From an uncultured bacterium (lineage in GTDB: Bacteria; Poribacteria; WGA-4E; WGA-3G), in the NCBI GenBank assembly GCA_964523645.1, contig CAZGAW010000005.1, positions 2,464 to 66,463 on the forward strand: a stretch of DNA of 64,000 nucleotides. Direction: 5' to 3'. Positions 54,811-64,000 of this stretch are shown one piece after another. The notes below the pieces were generated by a model. The model was not told the origin of the DNA. It saw only the letters and a list, made by a program, of their open reading frames with translations, and ran no database searches. The translations under genes and the position numbers were made by a program. Within the stretch, counting starts at the first letter, position 1. Each line of letters starts with the position of its first letter.

Positions 54811-55602
54811 TTAAGCACTTGATCCTGCAATCGCTTCCTGAACACCGGGCCATTCTTTCCAGATATCGGTGTAAGCATCATAACCGTTTTGCTCACAATC
54901 AACGTGCCGCAGCCTAAAAATAACAGCGTAGCGGATATCTGATGCCGCGTTCGGTGCCGCAGTATGAACGATCTGGTGGTGTGTCAGGACGACATCCCCC
55001 GCTTTACCGATGATCTGCTTCGGTCCTTCAGGTAGTTCCGGTCTCGGCATCCCATCTGCCAATATTTCATGCCCTTCCTTCTTGAAGTAATCGGCGAAGA
55101 AACTATGTGATTTGGGCCAAACGGTGAAGTTTCCACTATACGGTTCTGGAACATCAGCGAGATAAATCACAGCGAGTGCGGTAAATCCACGTCGATATAC
55201 GCCTTTCGCCATACCATTTTTACCGCTCCCTAACCCGTCAAGGTGCCCGCTCGGTTCATTTGGATCTACGTGCAACGGACCCGGGAAACGCAGTGCAATC
55301 TGTCCTGAACCCGGAATTTGAACGTTTCCTTCACCCATCAACGATTCCGACAGTTGGAGAATAGGCGTTTTATTGAAGAGATTAACAATTGCAGGCGCGT
55401 TACGAATTTCGTCGCAGTAGGATTGCGCTCTGTACCGCTCTAAGTCGCCTTCGTTCATTCCGACAGTACCGATGGAGTGATTAATCTCGTGTCGCGCCGC
55501 GTCTACCATCAATTGTGGTACAACACCAGGGACAGAAATATAGCCGTTTTCATAGAATTCTAACTTTTGTTTGTTCGTAAGCATACCGTTCTTGCCTCCC
55601 AT
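54811..55602 (-). CDS. PhyH-family Fe(II)/2OG oxygenase
   Basis: 263 aa with GHLDGLG (HxD) and the distal His in QIVHTAAPN. Confidence 0.8.
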   Translation of the reverse strand: MGGKNGMLTNKQKLEFYENGYISVPGVVPQLMVDAARHEINHSIGTVGMNEGDLERYRAQSYCDEIRNAPAIVNLFNKTPILQLSESLMGEGNVQIPGSGQIALRFPGPLHVDPNEPSGHLDGLGSGKNGMAKGVYRRGFTALAVIYLADVPEPYSGNFTVWPKSHSFFADYFKKEGHEILADGMPRPELPEGPKQIIGKAGDVVLTHHQIVHTAAPNAASDIRYAVIFRLRHVDCEQNGYDAYTDIWKEWPGVQEAIAGSSA

Positions 55603-55775
55603 GCTTCTCAGTAGTGGGATCCCTCTTATCTAAATAATCTCGTTTACCTGTGCGCTGGATACGGCAATCCGTTCGGAAAAGCGTATTGTAATTTAGACTT
55701 GGACTCGCGTGAAAAGTTTAACAGAATTGAATAGATTCCTATGCCACTTTCGGCACTCCAAGAAGCCCTTTTAAA

Positions 55776-56531
55776 TTAGTGGGTCAGGGCGTAAATAACG
55801 GCATTGATACCCATTTTCAGTGCCATATCCGAATATTCGCGCGGGTAAAAACGCTCTGCAGCATGTTCCCAGGCATCACCGAGATCGGTATTGAAGTTAA
55901 TCATCATCATAAGCCGCCCGTTGTCGTCATAAACACCGCGACAATACGCCGGATAGCCGTCGTACCTTTCATACGTTCGCCCACTAAAGATTGAGCGGAG
56001 TCCAGGAATCTGAACCAGTTCGTCAATTTGGAAGAAGCACCGGAAAATTGGATGCGAAATAGGGATGTCCACGGGTTCACGTTGTGGAAAAATTTTCTTG
56101 AATTCCGTATAAAACCATTCCCATTCGCGTTCCCCGTGAAAATCGTCGATGAAAATAAAACCGCCGCGTAAGAGATATTCACGTAGGTTCTTTGCTTCCG
56201 CTCGGCTTAACCTAAGACTACCGACTTCCAACATGTAGGCGAACGGATATTCAAACAATTCCGCCGCACCGACTTCAATGATTTTTTCACGCGGGTCGGC
56301 ATCAATATTCGTCTGTTTTCGGAGTTGGAAGATAAAATTCCGGTCAGAGGCGGGCCAATCCACTCGCCAACTACTGCGTCTGGTGAGTTGACCGCCGTAT
56401 TTTAGACGGACAAAGGTGAATCTGTCTGTATCTCCCTCCGAATTCGGTAGGATCATAGATGCGGACATCACAATGAAAATGGTTAATAGCTGGAGGGTTC
56501 GCATGTTTTTCCGGCTTGAAGATAGGTTCAA
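55776..56531 (-). CDS. DUF4159-domain protein (copy 1)
   Basis: 251 aa with a signal/anchor segment. It contains FTFVRLKYGG...WRVDWPASDRNFIFQLRKQT, LLRGGFIFIDDFHG and NFNTDLGDAWEH. Confidence 0.8.
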   Translation of the reverse strand: MNLSSSRKNMRTLQLLTIFIVMSASMILPNSEGDTDRFTFVRLKYGGQLTRRSSWRVDWPASDRNFIFQLRKQTNIDADPREKIIEVGAAELFEYPFAYMLEVGSLRLSRAEAKNLREYLLRGGFIFIDDFHGEREWEWFYTEFKKIFPQREPVDIPISHPIFRCFFQIDELVQIPGLRSIFSGRTYERYDGYPAYCRGVYDDNGRLMMMINFNTDLGDAWEHAAERFYPREYSDMALKMGINAVIYALTH

Positions 56532-56653
56532 TATTCGGATAAGAATCTATTCGTGAAACGCTGAATAGGAGTATAGCAGATAAAATGAATTTAATCCACG
56601 CCTAAACCAGATTCATGCATCCAGCAACAGGTAAGCAAGCGTAGCAATTTGGA

Positions 56654-59095
56654 CTAAAAACTGTGGGACCAAACCGTCGTAACTTGGATGCCTGTCCCAG
56701 CTTCAAATGCCTTTGCGATGTTAATTCTGAAAACAGAATCGTCTCTTCCAGAGTGCATACCCGGAACGTTAATGACAACAACAGAATTGTCTTCGCCAAA
56801 CTGCAAACCGACCCCGATATTTCCTTTGGGATTGAAGGCATACGCCGGACCAGATACATTCCAGACTTGTCCCTCGTCAAAGAAGATAATAGCAAATGCG
56901 TTTTTGAAAATACGCCAACTGAATAGATTGGATAAACGGTAGTGATATTCGACGTTAAGTAGAAACCCTCGATCTCCTGTAAAGGCGTATGGAGAAGATG
57001 TATGCCCACTTTTATAGGTTATCCAGCCTTCAGATTCATTTTTCTCTCGGCTCCAAGGATATCCTCTGAGGCCTGCCATGCCACCAATGACAAATTGGCG
57101 TTGAATTGGCAAAGTCGAGTCGGAAAACCCAAACAGGAACCGGGTGCGGATTCGGTTGTTTTTTATCCGGAAGGCATACCGAAAGTGCAATTGTAAACGT
57201 GTAAAATCAAAATCGGAGCCTACAGCAGCATCGCTATGTTCAATGAAAAGCGTATTGTGCCAACCTATGGAATTTGTTACATTGTTCAAATCGTATCGGA
57301 AGGTGATACTTCGGATTTGCCCCGGGGTTATTGGTGGATTCTCTCTCACACGGAGGTTCGATCCCCAATTGGCAACAAACCAATCTGTGCTTCTCTGTAA
57401 ACTCGTGTGTGATTCAGCAACCGCTGCCACTCTGAAGAAATGGGTCGGCAGAACGGGTGCCCATTGCAACGCTATTTCAGCACCTTGTCGAAGATAGTAA
57501 TTTTGAAGGTCAGGTGTACCGATGATGCGTTGAAAAACAGGTAATGGATTATTGTAGTTCGGAAAGAGTTCAGGCGCGACCACTTCGGTCAATCGGTGAA
57601 TTTGCGCCGTCAGCCCGAGGTTCCAGATGTAAGGTTTTCCCCAATCTACGCTGCTCCCCATACGGTAGTGTAAACGCGGATTGCCGAAGGCATAACTTAC
57701 CTTCCCAAAAAACTTCGGGGTATAATTCGCCTCTGAGTTTCTGATGCGCCATGCCCAGAGTGGTCCGAGGTTTTTGCGTTTCCCAAGTTCAAAACCTGTG
57801 CCGATTTCCCATCCTGTCACTCGGTTAAACCCGAGACGTAGTGGTGGATTAAGTCCGAGATAAGCATTGGTCGAGAGCGGTTTCTCATCAACAGTAATTG
57901 TCGCGATGTACCTTGAATTTTCCTCTTCAACCTGTAGGTTTACCTCCTCAAAATAGGGCATTGCTTTAAACAGGGTTTTGAGTGCTTGCTCAATGTCATC
58001 AGAGCCGTTGCCAAGTGTCTGTTGAATCTGTGCCTCCGGAACCTTCCGATGACCTCGGATACGTATTTCGTGGATAGGGGCGTCCCCTGCTCGAAAACGC
58101 GTTCCGACAGTTGGCGTTTGGACATCTGGTTTTTGTGGAACCAACTTGTTAGATGTTGATTTTTGGACTTGCTCCCCACCAGATCCAGAAATCGTCAGTG
58201 ATTTTAGGACTGATATCGTCCGTGTAACAGGAATATCCCCAACGGTAATTATTGCAATCCGTTCGGCCTCCTTTTCTTCCACGCGTAGAGACCCCTTTTT
58301 AGCACTGTTAAGGAGCACACTTGCAAGAATAGGCATAACCGCAGCGATATCGCCAGAACCGTTTTCAAGAAGTTTAATAATATTGGAACTTTCAATTCCG
58401 TTGACACCTTGAAGTTGAATGTCGTGAATTTGCTCGCCGTCAAAACTCCAATCCCAAGACTTTGCCAGTTCTCGTGTTTCTTGCAAAGATGGTGTTGCCG
58501 CTTCAATGATATCAACTGTACTGGAAGATGTTGGCGTGGATTCGTCAATTTCAGGTGTTGGAGACTGTGCTGGTGGCGCGAGTTTCAAGTCCTGTGGTTT
58601 AAGCGACATGAGTTCTGGAATCTCAATACCGAGTTGATCAAGATTTAGCAACAATTCCCTGAGTTGCTTTTGCGGAATTTTACCAACGATGTTTATCAGG
58701 TACACATCATCACTACTTTTAACAATAATGAAAATTCCCTCAAGGGTCTCGCTGATTTGGCGGGTATAAAGACGCACATTGGATGATCCTAACACCTTCC
58801 AGCGGCGCGCTTTTAGTGTCTTGTTATAATATTGAACAACCTCCTTAAGATCAACGGACTTGCGTCGATAGCTGCAGAGATGTAAGTTGTCAACGGTGTT
58901 AAACAGCGGCGCAATAGGGGAGGTTGGATCCTCCATTACAAGTGAGATGACGCGTCTGTCTAAATCGAACTGGAATTCAGACGATGGGAGATTTGGACAA
59001 TCAAAAGCAACAGAGCCGTTGTCTGGTTGCGAATGTACAATAGAACTTATGAGAAACAGGAGTAGTATTAATATTGTTGTAATGCTATATTTCAT
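56654..59095 (-). CDS. Omp85/BamA-superfamily outer-membrane protein with POTRA and a DUF4252-like N-terminal domain (copy 1)
   Basis: 813 aa with a signal peptide. The N-domain ends YLINIVGKIPQKQLRELLLNLDQLGIEIPEL. The POTRA-like segment is IHEIRIRGHRKVPEAQIQQTL...YIATITVDEKP. The beta-barrel ends in TTVWSHSF. Confidence 0.82.
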   Translation of the reverse strand: MKYSITTILILLLFLISSIVHSQPDNGSVAFDCPNLPSSEFQFDLDRRVISLVMEDPTSPIAPLFNTVDNLHLCSYRRKSVDLKEVVQYYNKTLKARRWKVLGSSNVRLYTRQISETLEGIFIIVKSSDDVYLINIVGKIPQKQLRELLLNLDQLGIEIPELMSLKPQDLKLAPPAQSPTPEIDESTPTSSSTVDIIEAATPSLQETRELAKSWDWSFDGEQIHDIQLQGVNGIESSNIIKLLENGSGDIAAVMPILASVLLNSAKKGSLRVEEKEAERIAIITVGDIPVTRTISVLKSLTISGSGGEQVQKSTSNKLVPQKPDVQTPTVGTRFRAGDAPIHEIRIRGHRKVPEAQIQQTLGNGSDDIEQALKTLFKAMPYFEEVNLQVEEENSRYIATITVDEKPLSTNAYLGLNPPLRLGFNRVTGWEIGTGFELGKRKNLGPLWAWRIRNSEANYTPKFFGKVSYAFGNPRLHYRMGSSVDWGKPYIWNLGLTAQIHRLTEVVAPELFPNYNNPLPVFQRIIGTPDLQNYYLRQGAEIALQWAPVLPTHFFRVAAVAESHTSLQRSTDWFVANWGSNLRVRENPPITPGQIRSITFRYDLNNVTNSIGWHNTLFIEHSDAAVGSDFDFTRLQLHFRYAFRIKNNRIRTRFLFGFSDSTLPIQRQFVIGGMAGLRGYPWSREKNESEGWITYKSGHTSSPYAFTGDRGFLLNVEYHYRLSNLFSWRIFKNAFAIIFFDEGQVWNVSGPAYAFNPKGNIGVGLQFGEDNSVVVINVPGMHSGRDDSVFRINIAKAFEAGTGIQVTTVWSHSF

Positions 59096-59107
59096 CCAGA
59101 GCTTTCC

Positions 59108-60292
59108 TTACTGTTCATCAATATCTTCAATTTCCTCAAGCCTTTGCTTTAGTTTCTTCAATGCGTTTGGGACGCGAGGTTTGCCGGGGCGATAAATAAC
59201 TTCAGGGGGTACTATCTTCCCCGATCTGGTTGACTCCCAACGCCAATTCCATTTAGGGGTTGTTACTGAGATAGAAGAACGAGACCACTCAGAAACGGGT
59301 TCCTTCGGGGGTTGATAGTACCACTGTAGCGCGATGAATTCTCGGGGCCCCTGGAAGTAGTGAATCTCAACGGGATAGCTGCCCGCTTTGAGCGTTATGT
59401 CTCCTTGTTTACCCATTGCCGTATGGACACCGTCGTTATCTACAATCAACTTTCCATCGATATACAGTTTTGCGCCATCGTCTGCATAAAGTCCGAAGGT
59501 ATAACGTCCTGGTGTATCAATTGCCAATTCGCCCCGAAAGCGGATCGCAAAATTCTCAACGACGGATTGCATTTCTGGTGTCGGAAATCCCTCGGTATAC
59601 CTCCGTTGCGGAACATCAAGATTTGGTGTGACAAAGGTGTAGACAGGCGTCAAACGATCGAAATCCGGCATCTGCTGGATTGGACCACCCGGAACGTAGA
59701 CTTGCCCGATTAACCCGTGTCCGGCAACCACATCTGTGTCGAAGATACCGATCCCCTCATCTACAGCATCAAGCGTTGCGAGCCCTACATCCGCTGCGCC
59801 TGTCCCGTGGGAAACCAAGTGTTTTCCCGTTCCATACCCGCCGCGCCCATCTCCTTTGCGTCCAACACCGCCAACGCCGATTCCGCGTTGCCCCTCAATG
59901 ACAACGGGACCCGCCAGTTCACCATCTTCGCCAGCACTTGCATTGGACACAGGACTCGGTGCATCTGTTTGCGGAACATCGGCATGCGTAACAACATCAG
60001 GGACAATATCCGCCTGAATCGGTGCTTTCGGAATACTGACTTCAGCGGCATACGTCGGTGAAGCCGGGGAAGCAGGGGATGCCTCGACCTCACTTACTTG
60101 GGGCACCGCAGGCGGGCGCGGCGGTAAAACCCGTTGTCTTATCTGTTTTTCGGATTCAGGCTTTAAGATCTCAGCGGAGATGCTCTCTTTCTCCATATTA
60201 AAATGACTGACGAGAAACGGAGAAATCGCTAATATCAGGCCGAAGTGTATCCCGAAAGATAGCAATAAGGCACGATTTGTGCGCCTGTGCAT
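59108..60292 (-). CDS. Membrane-anchored, Pro-rich (TonB-like linker) PA14-domain protein
   Basis: 394 aa. The N-terminal anchor is MHRRTNRALLLSFGIHFGLILAI. The PA14 region reads GLIGQVY...FAIRFRGELAIDTPGRYTFGLYADDGAKLYIDGKLIVDNDG...YPVEIHYFQG. Confidence 0.85.
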   Translation of the reverse strand: MHRRTNRALLLSFGIHFGLILAISPFLVSHFNMEKESISAEILKPESEKQIRQRVLPPRPPAVPQVSEVEASPASPASPTYAAEVSIPKAPIQADIVPDVVTHADVPQTDAPSPVSNASAGEDGELAGPVVIEGQRGIGVGGVGRKGDGRGGYGTGKHLVSHGTGAADVGLATLDAVDEGIGIFDTDVVAGHGLIGQVYVPGGPIQQMPDFDRLTPVYTFVTPNLDVPQRRYTEGFPTPEMQSVVENFAIRFRGELAIDTPGRYTFGLYADDGAKLYIDGKLIVDNDGVHTAMGKQGDITLKAGSYPVEIHYFQGPREFIALQWYYQPPKEPVSEWSRSSISVTTPKWNWRWESTRSGKIVPPEVIYRPGKPRVPNALKKLKQRLEEIEDIDEQ

Positions 60293-60360
60293 TTTGTTAT
60301 TCCTCGTGTATTTAGAAGGTCAGTAGCATCGTGAGCACAACTCGCTCCTACAAAGAATGT

Positions 60361-61140
60361 TTAGTGTGTGAGCGAATAGATAACGGCATTAATTCCCAAC
60401 TTGAATGCCATATCCGAATACTTGCGCGGATAGAATGCGTCCGCTGCATGTTCCCATGCGTCTCCGAGATCCGTATTGAAATTAATCATCATCATGAGTC
60501 TACCGTTGTCATCGTAAACACCGAGACACCGGACTGGACGTCCACCACTCCTGCCTCTTTCGTAAGTTCTTCCTTTGCGCGCTGCACCTGCTCCTGGAAT
60601 TTGCATTAATTCATTAATTTGATAAAAACAGTGAAAAATGGGATGCGAGATCGGGATGTCTTCTGGCTCACGTTCCGGGAATATTTTCTTTAGTTGTTTA
60701 TAAAACCGTTTCCACGCCTCTTTACCATGAAAATCATCGACAAGGATAAAACCGCCGCGGAGTAAGTATTGCCGTAGGTTTCCTGCCTCAGCATCGGTAA
60801 GTTTCAAACGTTTGACATCCAGCATGTATCCAAACGGATAGCGAAAGAGCTCATTGGAATTAATATCAACCACCTTTTCTTCGGAACTCACTATGACATT
60901 CGTCTGCTTGCGAAGTTGGAAGATAAAATTGCGATCGGAGCGGGGCCAATCTGTATCCCATTTACCGCGATGTCTTCGGTCCCCTCTATATTTCAAACGG
61001 ACGAACGTAAATGTATCCGTATCGTTATTCTCAAGTGTTGTCGTCTCGGAAGGCGCGGCCACAAGCGACGGTACTATCAATATAGATACAACATGAAGCA
61101 GAAAGGATAGTGATAAAGCGCGATTTATACGTTGAGGCAT
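60361..61140 (-). CDS. DUF4159-domain protein (copy 2)
   Basis: The start is set at MPQRINRALSLSF (the cat at 61138-61140 was checked). This removes the 134-nt overlap with the upstream gene. By eye it is about 70% identical to copy 1. Confidence 0.8.
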   Translation of the reverse strand: MPQRINRALSLSFLLHVVSILIVPSLVAAPSETTTLENNDTDTFTFVRLKYRGDRRHRGKWDTDWPRSDRNFIFQLRKQTNVIVSSEEKVVDINSNELFRYPFGYMLDVKRLKLTDAEAGNLRQYLLRGGFILVDDFHGKEAWKRFYKQLKKIFPEREPEDIPISHPIFHCFYQINELMQIPGAGAARKGRTYERGRSGGRPVRCLGVYDDNGRLMMMINFNTDLGDAWEHAADAFYPRKYSDMAFKLGINAVIYSLTH

Positions 61141-61162
61141 GCGGTGTCCCCTATCATTTTGC

Positions 61163-63433
61163 TTAGAAACTATAAAACCAGACGAAGTTGAATTGCACGC
61201 CTTGCTCCGATTCAAAGGCTTTCGCAACATTAAACCGCAAAAAAGAGTCGCTTTCACCGAACTGAAAACCGATACCGGCATCGCTCTTCGGCACAAACGA
61301 GTATGTGTCGTCGGCTATATTCCACGTTTGACCAACATCAAGGAAAAACACCAAAAAGAGATCGAAATCAAAATTAAATTGCATGTTTCTCCAGGTGAAA
61401 AGTTGCGGTAAATTGAGAAAATATTCGATATTAAAGAGGTAGCCGTGATCGCCAGCAAAAGCGTAAAGTGGATAGCCGTTCAATAGCCCTGGTCCACCGA
61501 TAACAAATTGGCGTTGAATCGGTAGAGATGCGGTTGAAAAACTGCCGATGGCTCGCGTGCGCATCTGATGTTTACCGAACGGATGTGCATAGCGTAGATG
61601 GAGCTGGTACCGAGTAAAATCGAAATCTGAACCGAAGGCAGCAGTGCTGTATTCAACTGAAAACGTGTTATGCCAACCGAGATGATTTTGGCGGGTGCTA
61701 AGATCGTATTGGAACGTGATGCTCCGCATGTGACCGGGTGTTATCGCTGGATTTTCCCGCGCTTCTGATCTTGAACGCCAATTGAAGAAATGCCAATCTG
61801 TGCTTTTTTGTAAACTATCATGTGTCTCGAGAAGTAGTGCTAATTTAAACGAGAGCGTTGGTACAATCGGTTTCCATTGCAAGGCAACCTCGATTCCCTC
61901 TCTCAAATAGTAATTCGGGTAATCCTGCATCCCGAAAACCCGAAGGAAATCCGCGCCACTTTCGTTGTAGTGCGAAAAAAGTTCTGGAGCAATCGTACCT
62001 GTCGCACGATAGAATTGCGTGGTGAACCCGAAATACCATGAATCGGGTTCACCTTGAACGATGCTGCCCCCAGCTCGGTAGTAGGACTGTTTATTTCCAA
62101 ACCCGTACCCCATCTGCGCGAAGAGTTTTGAATTGTCATCTCCGCTGGATTCAGAAGAGGCACCCATCCCAAAGGAGATGCTGCTTTTCTCCTGTCTCCG
62201 AAAACCGGTTTCAAATTGTGCCCCAAGCTCCCATCCCGTAACGCGATTAAACCCAACTTGCGGACTTCCATCCGTATAAAAACGGGCAGCAGGTGGTTTT
62301 TCTACGGCTGTCATTATTGCTGTCCGTTGCGAATCTTTCTCCTCAATTACAAGTTCTACCTTTTCATACGTCGATACTGTAAAAGCGAGTGTTTTGACGG
62401 CTTCTTCAATTTCTTCGGATCCACTTTCAAGTGCTTCTCTAACTGTGTTTGCCTCGGTGTACCGATTTCCGCGAACCACAATCTCGTGAATCGGATCGCC
62501 TTCTCGGGTCCGAAACGATTTCGTAAGCATAGTAGGTTGTGTGTCATCGGACGGTTCACCGGCGCGAATCGTAACACTTCGTTCTGCTGTATTCACAATA
62601 AACTTCGGTGTATCAACAGAACCGTTTTTTAATAGCAGACCGTCCAGCAACTCGGTAATGTCTTCGGTTCCATTTTTTAGTCCATCGCTGACTCCAGCGA
62701 CCTGTTTTTTTGCGTTTGCGCGAATCTGAATGCGTTCAATTGGGTGACCACGATAGCTCCAGTGTCCGATATGACGCTCGGTGTAAGCACTTGAAGAGGG
62801 TATACTGAAGGCTACTTTAGATTTTCCAACGTCAGCGGAGAGATTTCCAGCAACCCGAAATAGCGTGGGCAGTGGCATAGGTTCCGCTGTCTCCTCGACT
62901 TTCGGAAGTGTGAGGTCGCCGAGTGATTTCAATTCACGGATCTCAATCCCGAGTGCGTCGAGATTTGCTAAAAGTTTCTCTATTTGCTGTGAGGGGATAT
63001 TACCCACAACGTTTAACAGATACACATTCGCATCGCTTTTCACGACTGCAAAAATGCCGATAACAGTGTTATCCGTACGTGAACTTTTCTCAGTGGCTCC
63101 CGCTAATATATAGAGACGAGAATTACTATCTTTTTCTAACTGGTACCAGTTTTTTGCTTTCAAATTTTCGCTATAATACTGAACCAGTTTATCAAAAACA
63201 TCTGCGTGATAATCGTGGATCTGGATATAGAGATCTTCCACTGTGTTGAAGGGTGCTTCGGTAGTCGCGAGGGCAATCAGTTCGCGAGTAAAGTGGAACT
63301 GAAACTTGGCATTTGGGATATCAGGGCAATCAAAGGGAATTGTGCCGTCGGGTATTTCAGCGAACGTAGGCGAAGATAAGATTAGTATAAAAAGGAATAT
63401 AATGGAAATGCTATCTTTCATATTTTCTGACAT
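61163..63433 (-). CDS. Omp85/BamA-superfamily outer-membrane protein with POTRA and a DUF4252-like N-domain (copy 2)
   Basis: 756 aa with the same architecture as 56654..59095. Shared features: YLLNVVGNIPSQQIEKLLANLDALGIEIREL, IHEIVVRGNRYTEANTVREAL, and a barrel ending NFVWFYSF. Confidence 0.82.
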   Translation of the reverse strand: MSENMKDSISIIFLFILILSSPTFAEIPDGTIPFDCPDIPNAKFQFHFTRELIALATTEAPFNTVEDLYIQIHDYHADVFDKLVQYYSENLKAKNWYQLEKDSNSRLYILAGATEKSSRTDNTVIGIFAVVKSDANVYLLNVVGNIPSQQIEKLLANLDALGIEIRELKSLGDLTLPKVEETAEPMPLPTLFRVAGNLSADVGKSKVAFSIPSSSAYTERHIGHWSYRGHPIERIQIRANAKKQVAGVSDGLKNGTEDITELLDGLLLKNGSVDTPKFIVNTAERSVTIRAGEPSDDTQPTMLTKSFRTREGDPIHEIVVRGNRYTEANTVREALESGSEEIEEAVKTLAFTVSTYEKVELVIEEKDSQRTAIMTAVEKPPAARFYTDGSPQVGFNRVTGWELGAQFETGFRRQEKSSISFGMGASSESSGDDNSKLFAQMGYGFGNKQSYYRAGGSIVQGEPDSWYFGFTTQFYRATGTIAPELFSHYNESGADFLRVFGMQDYPNYYLREGIEVALQWKPIVPTLSFKLALLLETHDSLQKSTDWHFFNWRSRSEARENPAITPGHMRSITFQYDLSTRQNHLGWHNTFSVEYSTAAFGSDFDFTRYQLHLRYAHPFGKHQMRTRAIGSFSTASLPIQRQFVIGGPGLLNGYPLYAFAGDHGYLFNIEYFLNLPQLFTWRNMQFNFDFDLFLVFFLDVGQTWNIADDTYSFVPKSDAGIGFQFGESDSFLRFNVAKAFESEQGVQFNFVWFYSF

Positions 63434-63576
63434 AATTTGGGAGAACCGTGCTATCTTAACACGTCAAGGTTTTCTTGTCAAATCGACTGAGAATCTTTAC
63501 GACCGATGCATATTACAAATTATAACGAATTTTAGTACATAACGTTGACATTAAAAAATACTATTGAAACGACTGC

Positions 63577-63600
63577 AGGTGCGGTTTTCACCACACCTAC
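63577..63600. repeat. Degenerate copy of the family-2 REP-like element
   Basis: AGGTGCGGTTttcaccaCACCTAC shares AGGTGCGGTT and CACCTAC with 3487-3511. Confidence 0.45.
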
Positions 63601-63689
63601 ACATCTGAGGAAGGCTCATAAGTGCTTACATGTCTTTCGGAGTTCGACGCTCCTATGAAATTACTGATTCAATTAGCCTTCCTGGATGG

Positions 63690-64000
63690 CTACTTGGATC
63701 CAAGCGTGTAACGTTTCATAGAAGATGACTCACGTATCTCCATGTTTTCCACACTCGCTTCATAACCTAAATCCTTGACAGCCGCAATCAAAGCATTTTT
63801 TACATGCTCCGAAATTGCCGCATTCAAGCCATCAACAGGATCTGCCCCAGCGAGTGCCTGTACCTGAACAATAAAGTACTTCGGTTCATCGGGGTTCAGA
63901 TGCCAACCTACTTTATTCTCCAAAACAGGCTCGATAGTTTCATCTCCTATCTTACCAAAGGGCATCGTGGCTGTCACGACCTTGTAGGTAGCATCCTCAA
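63690..64000 (-). CDS. Hypothetical protein, probably 5'-truncated by the window edge
   Basis: The frame stays open from 63690 to the window end (EDATYKVVTATMPFGK...). No motif was recognised. Confidence 0.45.
   Translation of the reverse strand, partial: EDATYKVVTATMPFGKIGDETIEPVLENKVGWHLNPDEPKYFIVQVQALAGADPVDGLNAAISEHVKNALIAAVKDLGYEASVENMEIRESSSMKRYTLGSK

Overview
This is a 64-kb bacterial chromosomal window of roughly high-40s % GC by eye, with most genes on the minus strand. The lineage cannot be named without a database search. The gene content is reminiscent of uncultivated marine or sponge-associated bacteria, but that is speculation. It rests on many TPR proteins, four PhyH-type dioxygenases, LamG/CBM9/lamin-tail exoproteins, DUF4159, and FlgD/T9SS-like C-terminal domains.

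Recognisable housekeeping genes:
- acnA
- an ftsH-folP-acpS operon
- a DinG-like Fe-S helicase
- an HtrA protease
- a DRG/Obg-type GTPase
- an M20 amidohydrolase
- an MqnA/MqnD-family protein
- a flotillin

I saw no rRNA, tRNA or CRISPR array.

The most unusual stretch is a composite accessory region at 39.7-49.6 kb:
- It opens with a REP-like hairpin doublet.
- A 2.3-kb low-GC type II restriction-modification island follows, with one gamma-class m6A methyltransferase and two different PD-(D/E)XK ORFs.
- Next comes a 6,841-bp plasmid-like insertion bracketed by 391-bp direct repeats of the 3' end of a glycoside-hydrolase-like gene. The repeats are 235 bp identical plus about 156 bp at roughly 90% identity. 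No recombinase gene is present.
- The insertion carries a 983-aa orphan protein with a tentative primase-polymerase-like N-terminus and a C-terminal winged helix, preceded by a strong promoter.
- It also carries an intact solo tnpB IS (IS200/IS605 family, IS1341-like), a secreted poly-Pro/lamin-tail protein, and about 640 bp of hairpin-dense non-coding DNA.
- An 18-nt motif occurs twice inside the insertion.

Other points worth a second look:
- A five-gene minus-strand operon holds a duplicated DUF4159 + Omp85/POTRA module with a PA14 anchor protein between the copies.
- A PhyH x4 / SDR / nucleotidyltransferase-HEPN cluster contains one paralog that reads HxH instead of HxD.
- A short C-terminal motif ([KR]L..W[GS].[IL]K) is shared by three exoprotein genes.
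- Intergenic hairpin elements end in CTAC, as REP elements do.
- A GcvH-like protein lacks the lipoyl lysine.
- An FRG-TPR gene and a protease-TPR gene form an adjacent pair.

All functional calls come from motif recognition by eye. No searches or computations were run.
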